Shown here in pieces: positions 1 to 7,792 of a stretch of 11,780 nt of DNA. The first letter of the stretch is position 1; every line of letters starts with the position of its first letter. This DNA is from Candidatus Hodarchaeum mangrovi. GTDB lineage: Archaea > Asgardarchaeota > Heimdallarchaeia > Hodarchaeales > Hodarchaeaceae. The stretch lies in NCBI GenBank assembly GCA_016839515.1, contig JAEOUE010000027.1, positions 1 to 11,780 on the forward strand. Direction: 5' to 3'. The notes under the pieces are model-generated. The model was not told where the DNA came from, searched no databases, and saw nothing but the letters and a program-made list of their open reading frames with translations. Made by a program: the position numbers and the translations under genes.

Positions 1-2
1 CA

Positions 3-860
3 TTCCTTGCAGATGGGCATTTATTATTTGAAGATTATCCTGGTTTAGCTAAAACCATGATATGCAGAACCTTTGCTTCAACTTTAGGATGTAAATTCAA
101 ACGTATCCAATTTACTCCCGATTTATTGCCTCAAGATGTAACAGGGTCAGAAATTTATAATCAAAAAACTAATGAATTTGAATTCAAAGAGGGTCCAATA
201 TTTGCCGATATTATATTGTCAGATGAAATAAATAGAGCAACACCAAAAACACAAAGTGCTTTACTTGAAGCGATGGCTGAATATCAAGTAACAATTGGAG
301 GTACCACCTATAAATTAACTGGTGAAGGAAAACCTTTTTTGGTTGTAGCAACTCAAAATCCTCTAGAATTAGAGGGGACTTTTGCACTCCCTGAAGCTCA
401 AATAGATAGATTCTTAGCTAAGATTAGCATTGGATATCCTTCAAAAGAAGCAGAAAAAACCATTCTTACAAATAGAATCGGTAGAAAGCAGAAATCCTTT
501 GAAGTTACTCGAATCATTGATCGAAATATTTTCTATAACATGCAACGAACGGTTGAAGAAGTTTATGTTTCTGATGAAATAAAAGAATATATTGTTGATA
601 TAGTACAATATACAAGAGAAATGCCTCAAGTAAAGGTTGGAGCTTCGCCACGAGGTTCTTTAGATTTGATGGCATTAGCTAGAGCAAACGCTGTACTCGA
701 AAAACGTGATTATGTTATACCCCAAGATATTAAGGAACTAGCTGTAATAGCATTAGGTCACAGATTAGTTCTGGAAATTGGTTCATGGTTATCTGGTACT
801 TCTGCAAATATGTTAGTTGAGAAGGTATTGAAAGAAATAAAATCCCCGAGAAGAGAATAG
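3..860 (+). CDS. moxR: MoxR-family AAA+ ATPase (5'-truncated by window edge)
   Basis: The frame is open from position 3 (FLADGHLLFEDYPGLAKT, Walker A), upstream of the ATG at 57. It also contains RIQFTPDLLPQDVTG, Walker B ILSDEINRATPKTQSALLEAM, ATQNPLELEGTFALPEAQIDRF and GASPRGS, all hallmark MoxR motifs. Confidence 0.95.
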   Translation, partial: FLADGHLLFEDYPGLAKTMICRTFASTLGCKFKRIQFTPDLLPQDVTGSEIYNQKTNEFEFKEGPIFADIILSDEINRATPKTQSALLEAMAEYQVTIGGTTYKLTGEGKPFLVVATQNPLELEGTFALPEAQIDRFLAKISIGYPSKEAEKTILTNRIGRKQKSFEVTRIIDRNIFYNMQRTVEEVYVSDEIKEYIVDIVQYTREMPQVKVGASPRGSLDLMALARANAVLEKRDYVIPQDIKELAVIALGHRLVLEIGSWLSGTSANMLVEKVLKEIKSPRRE

Positions 861-910
861 AGAAGCCAGGAGGATTTTAACTGGTAAAATATTTTCGATT
901 AGACTCTTTC

Positions 911-2146
911 TTGATAATATCATTTTTTTTGTTAATTTTGGGTGTTATTCTTCGCTTATGGCTTTTAGCAGGACTAGTTTTCCCTCTCATTATCATTTTT
1001 TACTATTCCCTAAGTACTGAAGAAATTTCAATAGATAAAGTCATCATTAAAAGGTGGATTTCAAGAGATAGAACTGAAGAAAAAGGAGAACTCATAAATG
1101 TGAGATTGGATATATTAAACAATGGCCCCCGTATACCTGTTTTTGAGATTGTTGATAAAGTTCCAGAGGAATGCACAATTCATGAAGGATCGAACCATTG
1201 GTTATTTGAAATTAAACAGAATGAAACTATAAGCCTTAATTATGGAATAAAATGCCATAAACGGGGAAGATATATTTTAGGTCCAGTGATAACGCGAGGT
1301 TTTGATATTCTCCACTTTCATAAAAAAATTAAGTTACATGAAGTGTATACTTCCTTCGCAGTAGTTCCATCATTAATCAAACTTAGGGAACTTCCTATTG
1401 ATCGTCAAAGATTATTACCAGAAGTAGGATACATCCCAAGTATATCTTATAAAGGAAGGGATTTTGATTTTCAAGGTGTGAGGGATTACAAAGAAGGAGA
1501 TGAACTTCGAGCGATTAATTGGAGAGTAACTGCAAAATATAATAAACTGTCAACAAATGAATATGCATTAGATCAAGCAGCACGTATTTTCATCATTTTT
1601 GACCATACTATATCCACACAAAGAGTACTAGAAGAAGGAGTCATGGCTGCTTTAAGTACCGTAGAATATCTTATTTCGCAAAGAAATAAGGTAGGATTTT
1701 TCACCATTGGGGAATTTGTTGAGGAAATCCCTCCAGCTTCAGGTAAAAGACAATTATTACGAATAAATGAAGTACTTATAGATGTTAAACCTTCATTTCC
1801 AGCACATGAAGGAGTATTAACTCTACGTTTACAACGTAGATTACTTTCATCATTGCCTCCTATATCACAGATATTTTTTATAAGTCCATTATACAATAGA
1901 ATTATATTAAATTTCCTTAATGAATTAGCTGAAAAAGGACATGAAATTATCCTTATCATGCCCCGTTTAGAATCAATCTATGAAGAGAGTAGAGTTGTCC
2001 CTAATGCCTCTTTTTTAGCAAATGGACTTTTAGCTTTGGATAGGAATTATGTAACAAATCAATTATCAAAGTTAGGAATTACACAGATTTTTTGGTATCC
2101 TTATGGGCCAAAATATGAAACGATTAAAGTGAGAAGGACAAAATGA
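911..2146 (+). CDS. DUF58 domain membrane-anchored protein (MoxR partner); true start may be the CTG at 881
   Basis: Hydrophobic N-terminus, Ig-like segment with KRGRYILGP, DUF58 signature DFQGVRDYKEGDELRAINWRVTAK, then a vWA-like IFIIFDHTIS. Lies directly downstream of moxR, the usual arrangement. Confidence 0.9.
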   Translation: MIISFFLLILGVILRLWLLAGLVFPLIIIFYYSLSTEEISIDKVIIKRWISRDRTEEKGELINVRLDILNNGPRIPVFEIVDKVPEECTIHEGSNHWLFEIKQNETISLNYGIKCHKRGRYILGPVITRGFDILHFHKKIKLHEVYTSFAVVPSLIKLRELPIDRQRLLPEVGYIPSISYKGRDFDFQGVRDYKEGDELRAINWRVTAKYNKLSTNEYALDQAARIFIIFDHTISTQRVLEEGVMAALSTVEYLISQRNKVGFFTIGEFVEEIPPASGKRQLLRINEVLIDVKPSFPAHEGVLTLRLQRRLLSSLPPISQIFFISPLYNRIILNFLNELAEKGHEIILIMPRLESIYEESRVVPNASFLANGLLALDRNYVTNQLSKLGITQIFWYPYGPKYETIKVRRTK

Positions 2147-2757
2147 AATTACAACCGTTTATCTGGATAATCCAATTAGCAATGATTTTTACCTTTCTAT
2201 TTTTTTCCTTTATTCCAGTAATATACTCTTGGCTTACAGTATTATCTCCCATTCTTTCAGCAAGCGTTCATCTTTATTTTTTAATTGGGATTTTTTTTCT
2301 TTTAATAGGATTTATCACTCTTTTTGGAATTGTAACCTTAAAACCACAGTTAAGAATCTTTAGTTCAGGATTTTTTTCTTTTGGGGTCATTTTTGGGCTT
2401 TCAGATGCATATTTATTAGCTTTAGGGGTTGTTATATCTTGGGTATTTTATGAAATTTGGGATATCGGGTGGAGATACTCAATCCTTGATGAAGAATATG
2501 ACCCATATGAATTACAGACATTAGAGAAAAAACTGTTGAATCGATTGTTTTTTAATCAATTATCAGCTTTAGGAGTATTTGCATGGATTACTCTTTCACT
2601 TTCATGGGCAATGTTATTCATTACGACTCATTCATACATTCAGCTTGGAAAAGAGCATTTTGGGACCCTAGGACTTTCTCTTTCTGCTAGTATGTTACTT
2701 TTACTTTATTTAATACCACGTTTTACAGAGAAATCCAATCAGAAAGAACAAAACTAG
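2143..2757 (+). CDS. Hypothetical multi-pass membrane protein of the MoxR/DUF58 operon
   Basis: 204 aa with about 5-6 hydrophobic segments. Its start overlaps the DUF58 stop (ATGA at 2143-2146), indicating translational coupling. Confidence 0.8.
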   Translation: MKLQPFIWIIQLAMIFTFLFFSFIPVIYSWLTVLSPILSASVHLYFLIGIFFLLIGFITLFGIVTLKPQLRIFSSGFFSFGVIFGLSDAYLLALGVVISWVFYEIWDIGWRYSILDEEYDPYELQTLEKKLLNRLFFNQLSALGVFAWITLSLSWAMLFITTHSYIQLGKEHFGTLGLSLSASMLLLLYLIPRFTEKSNQKEQN

Positions 2758-2759
2758 AA

Positions 2760-3440
2760 TTAATAGTCTAAAATTTGATCAGATCTTATAAAAAATACTC
2801 TTTTCTCTTTCATTTTTGAGATTGCAGTAGCAACACTGTTTTCAGGGGAATTTACAGGCTTTGTGAGGTCAATAATATAATATACTTCAAATTCAAAATT
2901 TCTAGCATCAATAGCACTATAAAAAACACAGTAATCCAACGCTAAACCACACAAATAGACACGTTTAACCCCTATTGATTTTAAAAATGATTGAAGCCCC
3001 GTTTCAGTCTCTTTATCGTTTTCAAGGAACGCGGAATAAGAATCAATTGTCTGATGATGCCCTTTTCTTAGAATCATTGTTGCATACACAGTATTCAATC
3101 TTGGAGCGAAGTTTGCACCTTCTGTACCTTGTACACAATGATCTGGCCAGAGAATTGGACCTATACCATGCCCCGTAATAGGATCATATGGAGACTTACC
3201 TTCATGCATCGAAGCGAAAGATAAATGATCTTTTGGATGCCAATCTTGGGTAAATATTATCGGTATGTCTTTAGTGCGAAATTTTTCAAGTAATAAATTG
3301 ATACCTGGGATAATTGTATCCCCCTCGGCAACTGGTAACCTACCACCAGGTAAAAAATCATTTTGCATATCAATTACAATTAAAGCATCATTTGGACCAA
3401 TTCTAACTAAACCTTCAAGCCTTATATCTTGAATCTCCAT
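2760..3440 (-). CDS. pncA: Nicotinamidase/pyrazinamidase
   Basis: ALIVIDMQNDFLPGGRL (catalytic Asp), TQDWHP and LWPDHCVQGT (metal ligands), RKG...DSYSAF (catalytic Lys), GLALDYCV (catalytic Cys). Divergent from pncB. Confidence 0.95.
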   Translation of the reverse strand: MEIQDIRLEGLVRIGPNDALIVIDMQNDFLPGGRLPVAEGDTIIPGINLLLEKFRTKDIPIIFTQDWHPKDHLSFASMHEGKSPYDPITGHGIGPILWPDHCVQGTEGANFAPRLNTVYATMILRKGHHQTIDSYSAFLENDKETETGLQSFLKSIGVKRVYLCGLALDYCVFYSAIDARNFEFEVYYIIDLTKPVNSPENSVATAISKMKEKRVFFIRSDQILDY

Positions 3441-3570
3441 TAAATCACATCAATTTTTCCAGTTAATCTCCCTCACAATTATAGGATACAAAAACGTTTC
3501 TCTCTGTAAAAAACAAGTTAAAAGAAAAAGAAATAATTAATTTTGATGAAATAGTATTACTTGAAGATAT

Positions 3571-5085
3571 ATGTTCTACAAGGAAAACAGAGCTCTTTTC
3601 ACTGATTTATACGAGTTGACAATGAGCCAAGGATATTTCAATTACGAGATGAATGATAAAGCCACTTTTGATTTGTTTTTTAGAGAAAATCCCTTTAATG
3701 GTGGATATTCTGTTGCATGTGGCATTTCATTAGCTTTAGAATATTTAAAACATTTTAGATTTACCGATAGTGATATTAATTATTTAAAAAGAAAAAATTT
3801 ATTCAAGGATGAATTTCTAGAATTTCTTTCAACAATAAGGTTTACTGGTACTGTTGAAGGTGTTCTGGAAGGAACGATTATGTTTCCTTACACACCGATT
3901 ATTAAAATTACAAGTTCTCTCATTGAAGCTCAGCTAGTTGAAACCGCCCTACTAAATATAATAAACTATTCAACTTTAATTGCTACTAAAGCGGCTAGAA
4001 TTACTCATTCAGCTAAAGGAGGGAAAATAGTTGAATTTGGATTGAGAAGAGCGCAAGGTGATAGCGCTTACATTGGTGTAAGAGCTGCTTTAGTTGGTGG
4101 ATGTGTAGGTACTTCCTTTGTTAAAGCAGGCGAAATTTGGGATTGTCAAATTGCAGGAACACAAGCCCACTCTTGGGTTCAAGCATTCCCATCAGAATAT
4201 GATTCATTTAAAGCATATGCTAATTCTTTTCCAAAGAATTGTATTTTACTATTAGATACTTATAATGTACTAAAATCAGGTTTACCCAATGCTATTCAAA
4301 TTGCTAAATATCTGAGAGCGCAAGGAAAGGAATTACAAGGAGTACGAATTGATTCTGGTGATCTTGCTTATCTAGCACTTGAAGTATATAGAACATTCTC
4401 AAAAGAGGGTTTTCCTAATATTTCTATAATTCTCTCGAACGAGCTGGATGAGTATACTATCAACTCGATTGTTCAACACATTAAAGAGCAAGGAAATAAC
4501 AATGAATATGATAAGAATATATGTAATGAAACAATAAACCATCTTATTTATGGTGTAGGCACGCGATTAATCACTGGAGGAGAACAAGGAGCGTTGGGAG
4601 GAGTCTATAAATTGGTTGCTTTTAATGGAATACCCCGTATCAAAGTTAGTGAGAACCCACAAAAAACTATAAATCCTGGAGACAAAACTGTTTGGCGAGT
4701 AAGCGATTCCAAAGGAAAATTTTTAGCTGATGTGATAGGATTATCTCATGAAAATCCTATTGAAGCTGGAGATACGATTTTTCATCCAATAGATCCTTTA
4801 AAAAAGTTTGTTATTCCCCCTAATGTAACAATTGAACCTTTATATCAGAAAATTATGGAGAATGGAAGAATAACCTTAAAGGAAACAATCTTTAGCTGGA
4901 AAAAGGGCCAAAAAAATTTTATTAGTCAATTCAGAAAACTAGATCCAACATTTAAAAGACTACTAAACCCACATATTTATAAGGTTAGTTTAAGCAAAAA
5001 ATTGTTTCAATTAAAGATGAATCTAATAAAAAAATACTCTCCAGATGATATTAAAGAAAATCATCAGAATTTAATCAGCAATTGA
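3571..5085 (+). CDS. pncB: Nicotinate phosphoribosyltransferase
   Basis: FTDLYELTM, FFRENPF, EFGLRRAQG, GTQAHSWV (phosphorylated His), LLDTY, GVRIDSGDL, SNELDE, YGVGT, GGVYKLV, KVSENPQKTINPG. Confidence 0.95.
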   Translation: MFYKENRALFTDLYELTMSQGYFNYEMNDKATFDLFFRENPFNGGYSVACGISLALEYLKHFRFTDSDINYLKRKNLFKDEFLEFLSTIRFTGTVEGVLEGTIMFPYTPIIKITSSLIEAQLVETALLNIINYSTLIATKAARITHSAKGGKIVEFGLRRAQGDSAYIGVRAALVGGCVGTSFVKAGEIWDCQIAGTQAHSWVQAFPSEYDSFKAYANSFPKNCILLLDTYNVLKSGLPNAIQIAKYLRAQGKELQGVRIDSGDLAYLALEVYRTFSKEGFPNISIILSNELDEYTINSIVQHIKEQGNNNEYDKNICNETINHLIYGVGTRLITGGEQGALGGVYKLVAFNGIPRIKVSENPQKTINPGDKTVWRVSDSKGKFLADVIGLSHENPIEAGDTIFHPIDPLKKFVIPPNVTIEPLYQKIMENGRITLKETIFSWKKGQKNFISQFRKLDPTFKRLLNPHIYKVSLSKKLFQLKMNLIKKYSPDDIKENHQNLISN

Positions 5086-5098
5086 TTTACATTCTAAT

Positions 5099-5126
5099 AA
5101 ATCCTAGAGAATTTGATAGGATTTTC
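5099..5126 (+). terminator. Possible hairpin terminator or operator downstream of pncB
   Basis: AAATCCTA (5099-5106), 10-nt loop, TAGGATTT (5117-5124), beginning 14 nt after the pncB stop. The T-tail is short, so function is uncertain. Confidence 0.3.
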
Positions 5127-5302
5127 AAATTAAAAACTATAATATTTATAGTAGCTCAGTTTAAATCAATATCAGATTCTATTGTTATGAGCTAAGAAAA
5201 TTATATCTAAAGTAGGCCTTAACTCCACTTTCCACTATCCCCAATGGGAAATGGATTTGAATGAAGTCGATTATTAATTTAATTATTATTAGAGGGTCTT
5301 GA

Positions 5303-5857
5303 TTGCCATTATATAAAATTTGTTTATTGGGTGACGGTGGTGTTGGAAAAACATCCCTTCGTGAAAGATTCCTTGGTAAAGGATTTCAATCTGGGTATAT
5401 TTTGACTATTGGTGCAGATTTTGCGGTCCAGAATCTCGAGATTGATAATAGACAATATAAGTTCCAAATCTGGGATTTAGCTGGACAGCAACGTTTTTCT
5501 GCGGTGAGGACTCTCTATTATAAAGGATCCCATGGCGCTATCCTCGTTTTTGATCGTACACGACCAGATTCACTTTATAATTTAGAAAATTGGAAAAAAG
5601 AACTTTTTAACAATGTAGGAAGACAAGTTCCTTATGTAATTCTTGGAAATAAGAGTGATTTACCAAATACAATTGAAGAGGAAGAATTGAACAACTTTAT
5701 TGAAAAATCACAACAAGAAATCCAAAATATTCCATTTAGGATCAAATACCTAAATACATCAGCAAAATCAGGTGAAAATGTCACAGAGGCCTTTTCTGTT
5801 CTAGGTAGATCTATAAAAGACTTCATTGAAAAATATAAACAATTTCAAACTAATTAA
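5303..5857 (+). CDS. Rab-like small GTPase (Ras superfamily, eukaryotic signature protein type)
   Basis: G1 GDGGVGKT, G2 ILTIG, G3 WDLAGQ, G4 NKSD, G5 TSAK. RabF-like motifs IGADF, KFQIW, RFSAV, YYKGS, LVFDRT. TTG start with GAGGG at 5292-5296. Confidence 0.93.
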   Translation: MPLYKICLLGDGGVGKTSLRERFLGKGFQSGYILTIGADFAVQNLEIDNRQYKFQIWDLAGQQRFSAVRTLYYKGSHGAILVFDRTRPDSLYNLENWKKELFNNVGRQVPYVILGNKSDLPNTIEEEELNNFIEKSQQEIQNIPFRIKYLNTSAKSGENVTEAFSVLGRSIKDFIEKYKQFQTN

Positions 5858-6685
5858 TCACTTCTTAATTAATTTAGGAATATCCGAAGGAATAGAAATA
5901 ATAGTAAATTCTTTAGCTAACTTACTTATGTTACTAGCATCAACCTTTCTAACATTTATTGATATTACATCTCCATAAGTGAAAATATTAGGTAGTTTAT
6001 GCACACAAACTTTACAACCAACACAAAACTCAGGAAGAAATGTTATAGTTTTTCTTATGTATTTAATAGCCTCGTATTTACAAAAAAAATTCCCAAATTC
6101 CTGATCACCTAATCCTCCAGTAAAACGAATAGGTAATTTTGTTATAACACTTCCTTCTTCCATATCAGTAGGTACTAGTACAATTTCTTTGCCCATTTTG
6201 ACAGAATTAATAATTAGGTTTGTAATCAATGTATCATTCACCCCTGTACATATTTTCGCTGCTGTATTCGAAGTTAATGGGCTAACAATGATGTGGTGAA
6301 AAGAGTATTGGCTTAAAGATTGCGCGACAGAAAAACTTGGGTCATAACGATTGATAAGATAATGAAAACCTCCTTTAACAAGAATTTTCTCTATATTATA
6401 GTTCACAATCTCTTGATTTTCAAAAATAAAAAAAATTTTTTCTTTAAAATGTGTATATTTTTGTATCTCATAAAAAAAACCATAACGGTTTGCTACTAAT
6501 GCTCCTGAATTTGAGAATACCATCAAAACCTTAATGGAATAATCTAGAATTGAAATTAATGCCCTAAAATTTTCTTCAAAATGATGGCCACCCCCAGTAT
6601 AACACCATAATATTAGAGGATCATTTGAATGGATAAAAGAGATCATAGGAGTGAATGAAAGATCGTAATTAGATGATTGATTCAT
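5858..6685 (-). CDS. Archaeal flavoprotein (HFCD fold) with ferredoxin-like insert, DmrX (dihydromethanopterin reductase)/AfpA-like
   Basis: WCYTGGGH, FSNSGALVANRYG, VSPLTSNTAAKICTGVNDTLITN and VPTD match the AfpA/DmrX FMN-binding family. The insert has FCKYEAI and CVGCKVC, followed by the DmrX-like tail VRKVDASNISKL. Confidence 0.8.
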   Translation of the reverse strand: MNQSSNYDLSFTPMISFIHSNDPLILWCYTGGGHHFEENFRALISILDYSIKVLMVFSNSGALVANRYGFFYEIQKYTHFKEKIFFIFENQEIVNYNIEKILVKGGFHYLINRYDPSFSVAQSLSQYSFHHIIVSPLTSNTAAKICTGVNDTLITNLIINSVKMGKEIVLVPTDMEEGSVITKLPIRFTGGLGDQEFGNFFCKYEAIKYIRKTITFLPEFCVGCKVCVHKLPNIFTYGDVISINVRKVDASNISKLAKEFTIISIPSDIPKLIKK

Positions 6686-6704
6686 ATCTTTAGTGAATTA
6701 AGAA

Positions 6705-7550
6705 TTAATTTTCAGTCTTTTCCTCAAAGTGTTTTATCTCACAATTTGGCCCTAGTTTAACAGATGTCCCTACCACATAATCAGCTTTAACTCCTTCAAG
6801 GTAGACCTTGCCTTCGGAAATGATCTGATTCACTGTCAAGGTTCCCTTTCGCTTTTCTTGTTCTATATAAATGTCACCTAGGCAAATTAAATTCCCTTCA
6901 ATAGATGATTTATCCTCTAAACTACATGTAAATTTGCTACAGTTTACATCTCCATTTATTTTAAAAGCACCATTGATCTCTGCATCAAAACATGCTAGAT
7001 CCCCATTAATTTTCAGTGCTCCACTACAATTGAGTTTAGCATTCTCAGCAACAACAGGACCTTCTATTTTACCTGCTCCAGATAGATTAAGTGTTTCATG
7101 AACAGTTAAAGGCCCATCTATTTTATAAGATCCAGATGCTGTAAAAGAATTCGTCTCAAGAGCCCCATTTGCTTTGAAAGACCCAGAAACTATAAGCTTT
7201 TCCGTCTTCATATCACCAGGTAACGTACCAGACCCACTAATTCTTATTTCTTCATCTGAAATACTCCCTGATCCTGAAATTGAAATAGATCCACCACGCC
7301 ATCCTTCAACATGACCAGATCCAGAAATATTAATTTGAGAATCAGTTACTTTTCCTGATCCTGAAATGCTAATGTAACTCAACCCACGAAATAAACTCTT
7401 TTCTTTAATAAGATGAATTTGTTCTTCAAGTTTTTGCTCATATTTCTGCTTTAATTCCTTATATTCCTCTGAGGAAATCTCATCGTTTTTTAATCGAATA
7501 TCTAATGATTTAATTAAGGTTTTTAAATCATCTATTTCTTTATTTGACAA
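6705..7550 (-). CDS. Polymer-forming cytoskeletal (bactofilin-like, YhbE/YhbF-type) beta-helix protein with N-terminal SHOCT-like helical motif
   Basis: Nine or more repeats of a hydrophobic-x-hydrophobic-SG[SA] unit (ISISGSGKV, INISGSGHV, ISISGSGSI, IRISGSGTL, LIVSGSFKA, FTASGSYKI, LNLSGAGKI, LNCSGALKI, AEINGAFKI) and a C-terminal VKLGPNCEI. The ORF is open to 7613, but TTG at 7550 (or GTG at 7559) is preferred because a TATA-like box lies at 7578-7584. Confidence 0.75.
   Translation of the reverse strand: MSNKEIDDLKTLIKSLDIRLKNDEISSEEYKELKQKYEQKLEEQIHLIKEKSLFRGLSYISISGSGKVTDSQINISGSGHVEGWRGGSISISGSGSISDEEIRISGSGTLPGDMKTEKLIVSGSFKANGALETNSFTASGSYKIDGPLTVHETLNLSGAGKIEGPVVAENAKLNCSGALKINGDLACFDAEINGAFKINGDVNCSKFTCSLEDKSSIEGNLICLGDIYIEQEKRKGTLTVNQIISEGKVYLEGVKADYVVGTSVKLGPNCEIKHFEEKTEN
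7267..7367. repeat. Intragenic direct repeat CCTGATCCTGAAAT (7267-7280 and 7354-7367)
   Basis: Two identical 14-mers 87 nt (29 codons) apart, both within ISGSG-encoding segments of the beta-helix gene. Confidence 0.6.
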
Positions 7551-7577
7551 TGAATTCACTTCTTCCTTCTTATTTCC

Positions 7578-7592
7578 TATATAACCTTTAAT
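7578..7592 (-). promoter_or_regulatory. Putative archaeal BRE/TATA promoter of the bactofilin-like gene
   Basis: Minus strand reads ATTAAAGG-TTATATA, with the TATA about 30 nt upstream of the TTG at 7550. Confidence 0.4.
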
Positions 7593-7757
7593 AATTTTCA
7601 ATATTCTTAACAAGAATCTCTGATTTTATTATTGATTCAGATTATGTTTATAATATTCTAAAATAGTGAGTTAATCCAATAAACCATTGAGTTTATTAGA
7701 TGACATAAATAGTATGTCTTAGAGACAAGCTGTAAGTTCTTTGATCAAACCTCTAAG

Positions 7758-7786
7758 TTTATATATTATTTTAATTGCTTTGAGGA
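7758..7786 (+). promoter_or_regulatory. Putative TATA box (TTTATATA, 7758-7765) and RBS-like GAGGA (7782-7786) for the ArsR-type gene
   Basis: The sequence and its spacing from the ATG at 7793 fit an archaeal promoter. The AT-rich background lowers specificity. Confidence 0.4.
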
Positions 7787-7792
7787 TTTTTA

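Noticed and set aside
39-56. Walker A PGLAKT rather than GxGKT, suggesting an inactive ATPase
   Set aside because: GLAKT is a common variant in MoxR proteins, and the other motifs are intact.
441-629. 62-aa minus-strand ORF
   Set aside because: Antisense shadow entirely within moxR, with no recognisable motifs.
1573-1959. 128-aa minus-strand ORF
   Set aside because: Antisense shadow of the DUF58 gene, with no recognisable motifs.
2975-3178. 67-aa plus-strand ORF
   Set aside because: Antisense to the conserved core of pncA.
5083-5280. pncB TGA stop plus downstream hairpins as selenocysteine readthrough/SECIS
   Set aside because: PncB is already full length, there is no Cys-equivalent position at the stop, and no convincing SECIS core geometry is visible.
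5632-5826. 64-aa minus-strand ORF
   Set aside because: Antisense to the GTPase G4-G5 region.
5855-5860. Abutting or overlapping convergent gene ends (5857/5858, 2757/2760, 8285-8302)
   Set aside because: Common in compact prokaryotic genomes; not evidence of functional linkage.
6871-7101. 76-aa plus-strand ORF
   Set aside because: Antisense shadow of the repetitive beta-helix gene.
7551-7613. N-terminal extension MLRILKIIKGYIGNKKEEVNS of the 302-aa ORF
   Set aside because: It overlaps a TATA-like element and is probably promoter sequence. A start at 7550 or 7559 is more plausible, though not proven.
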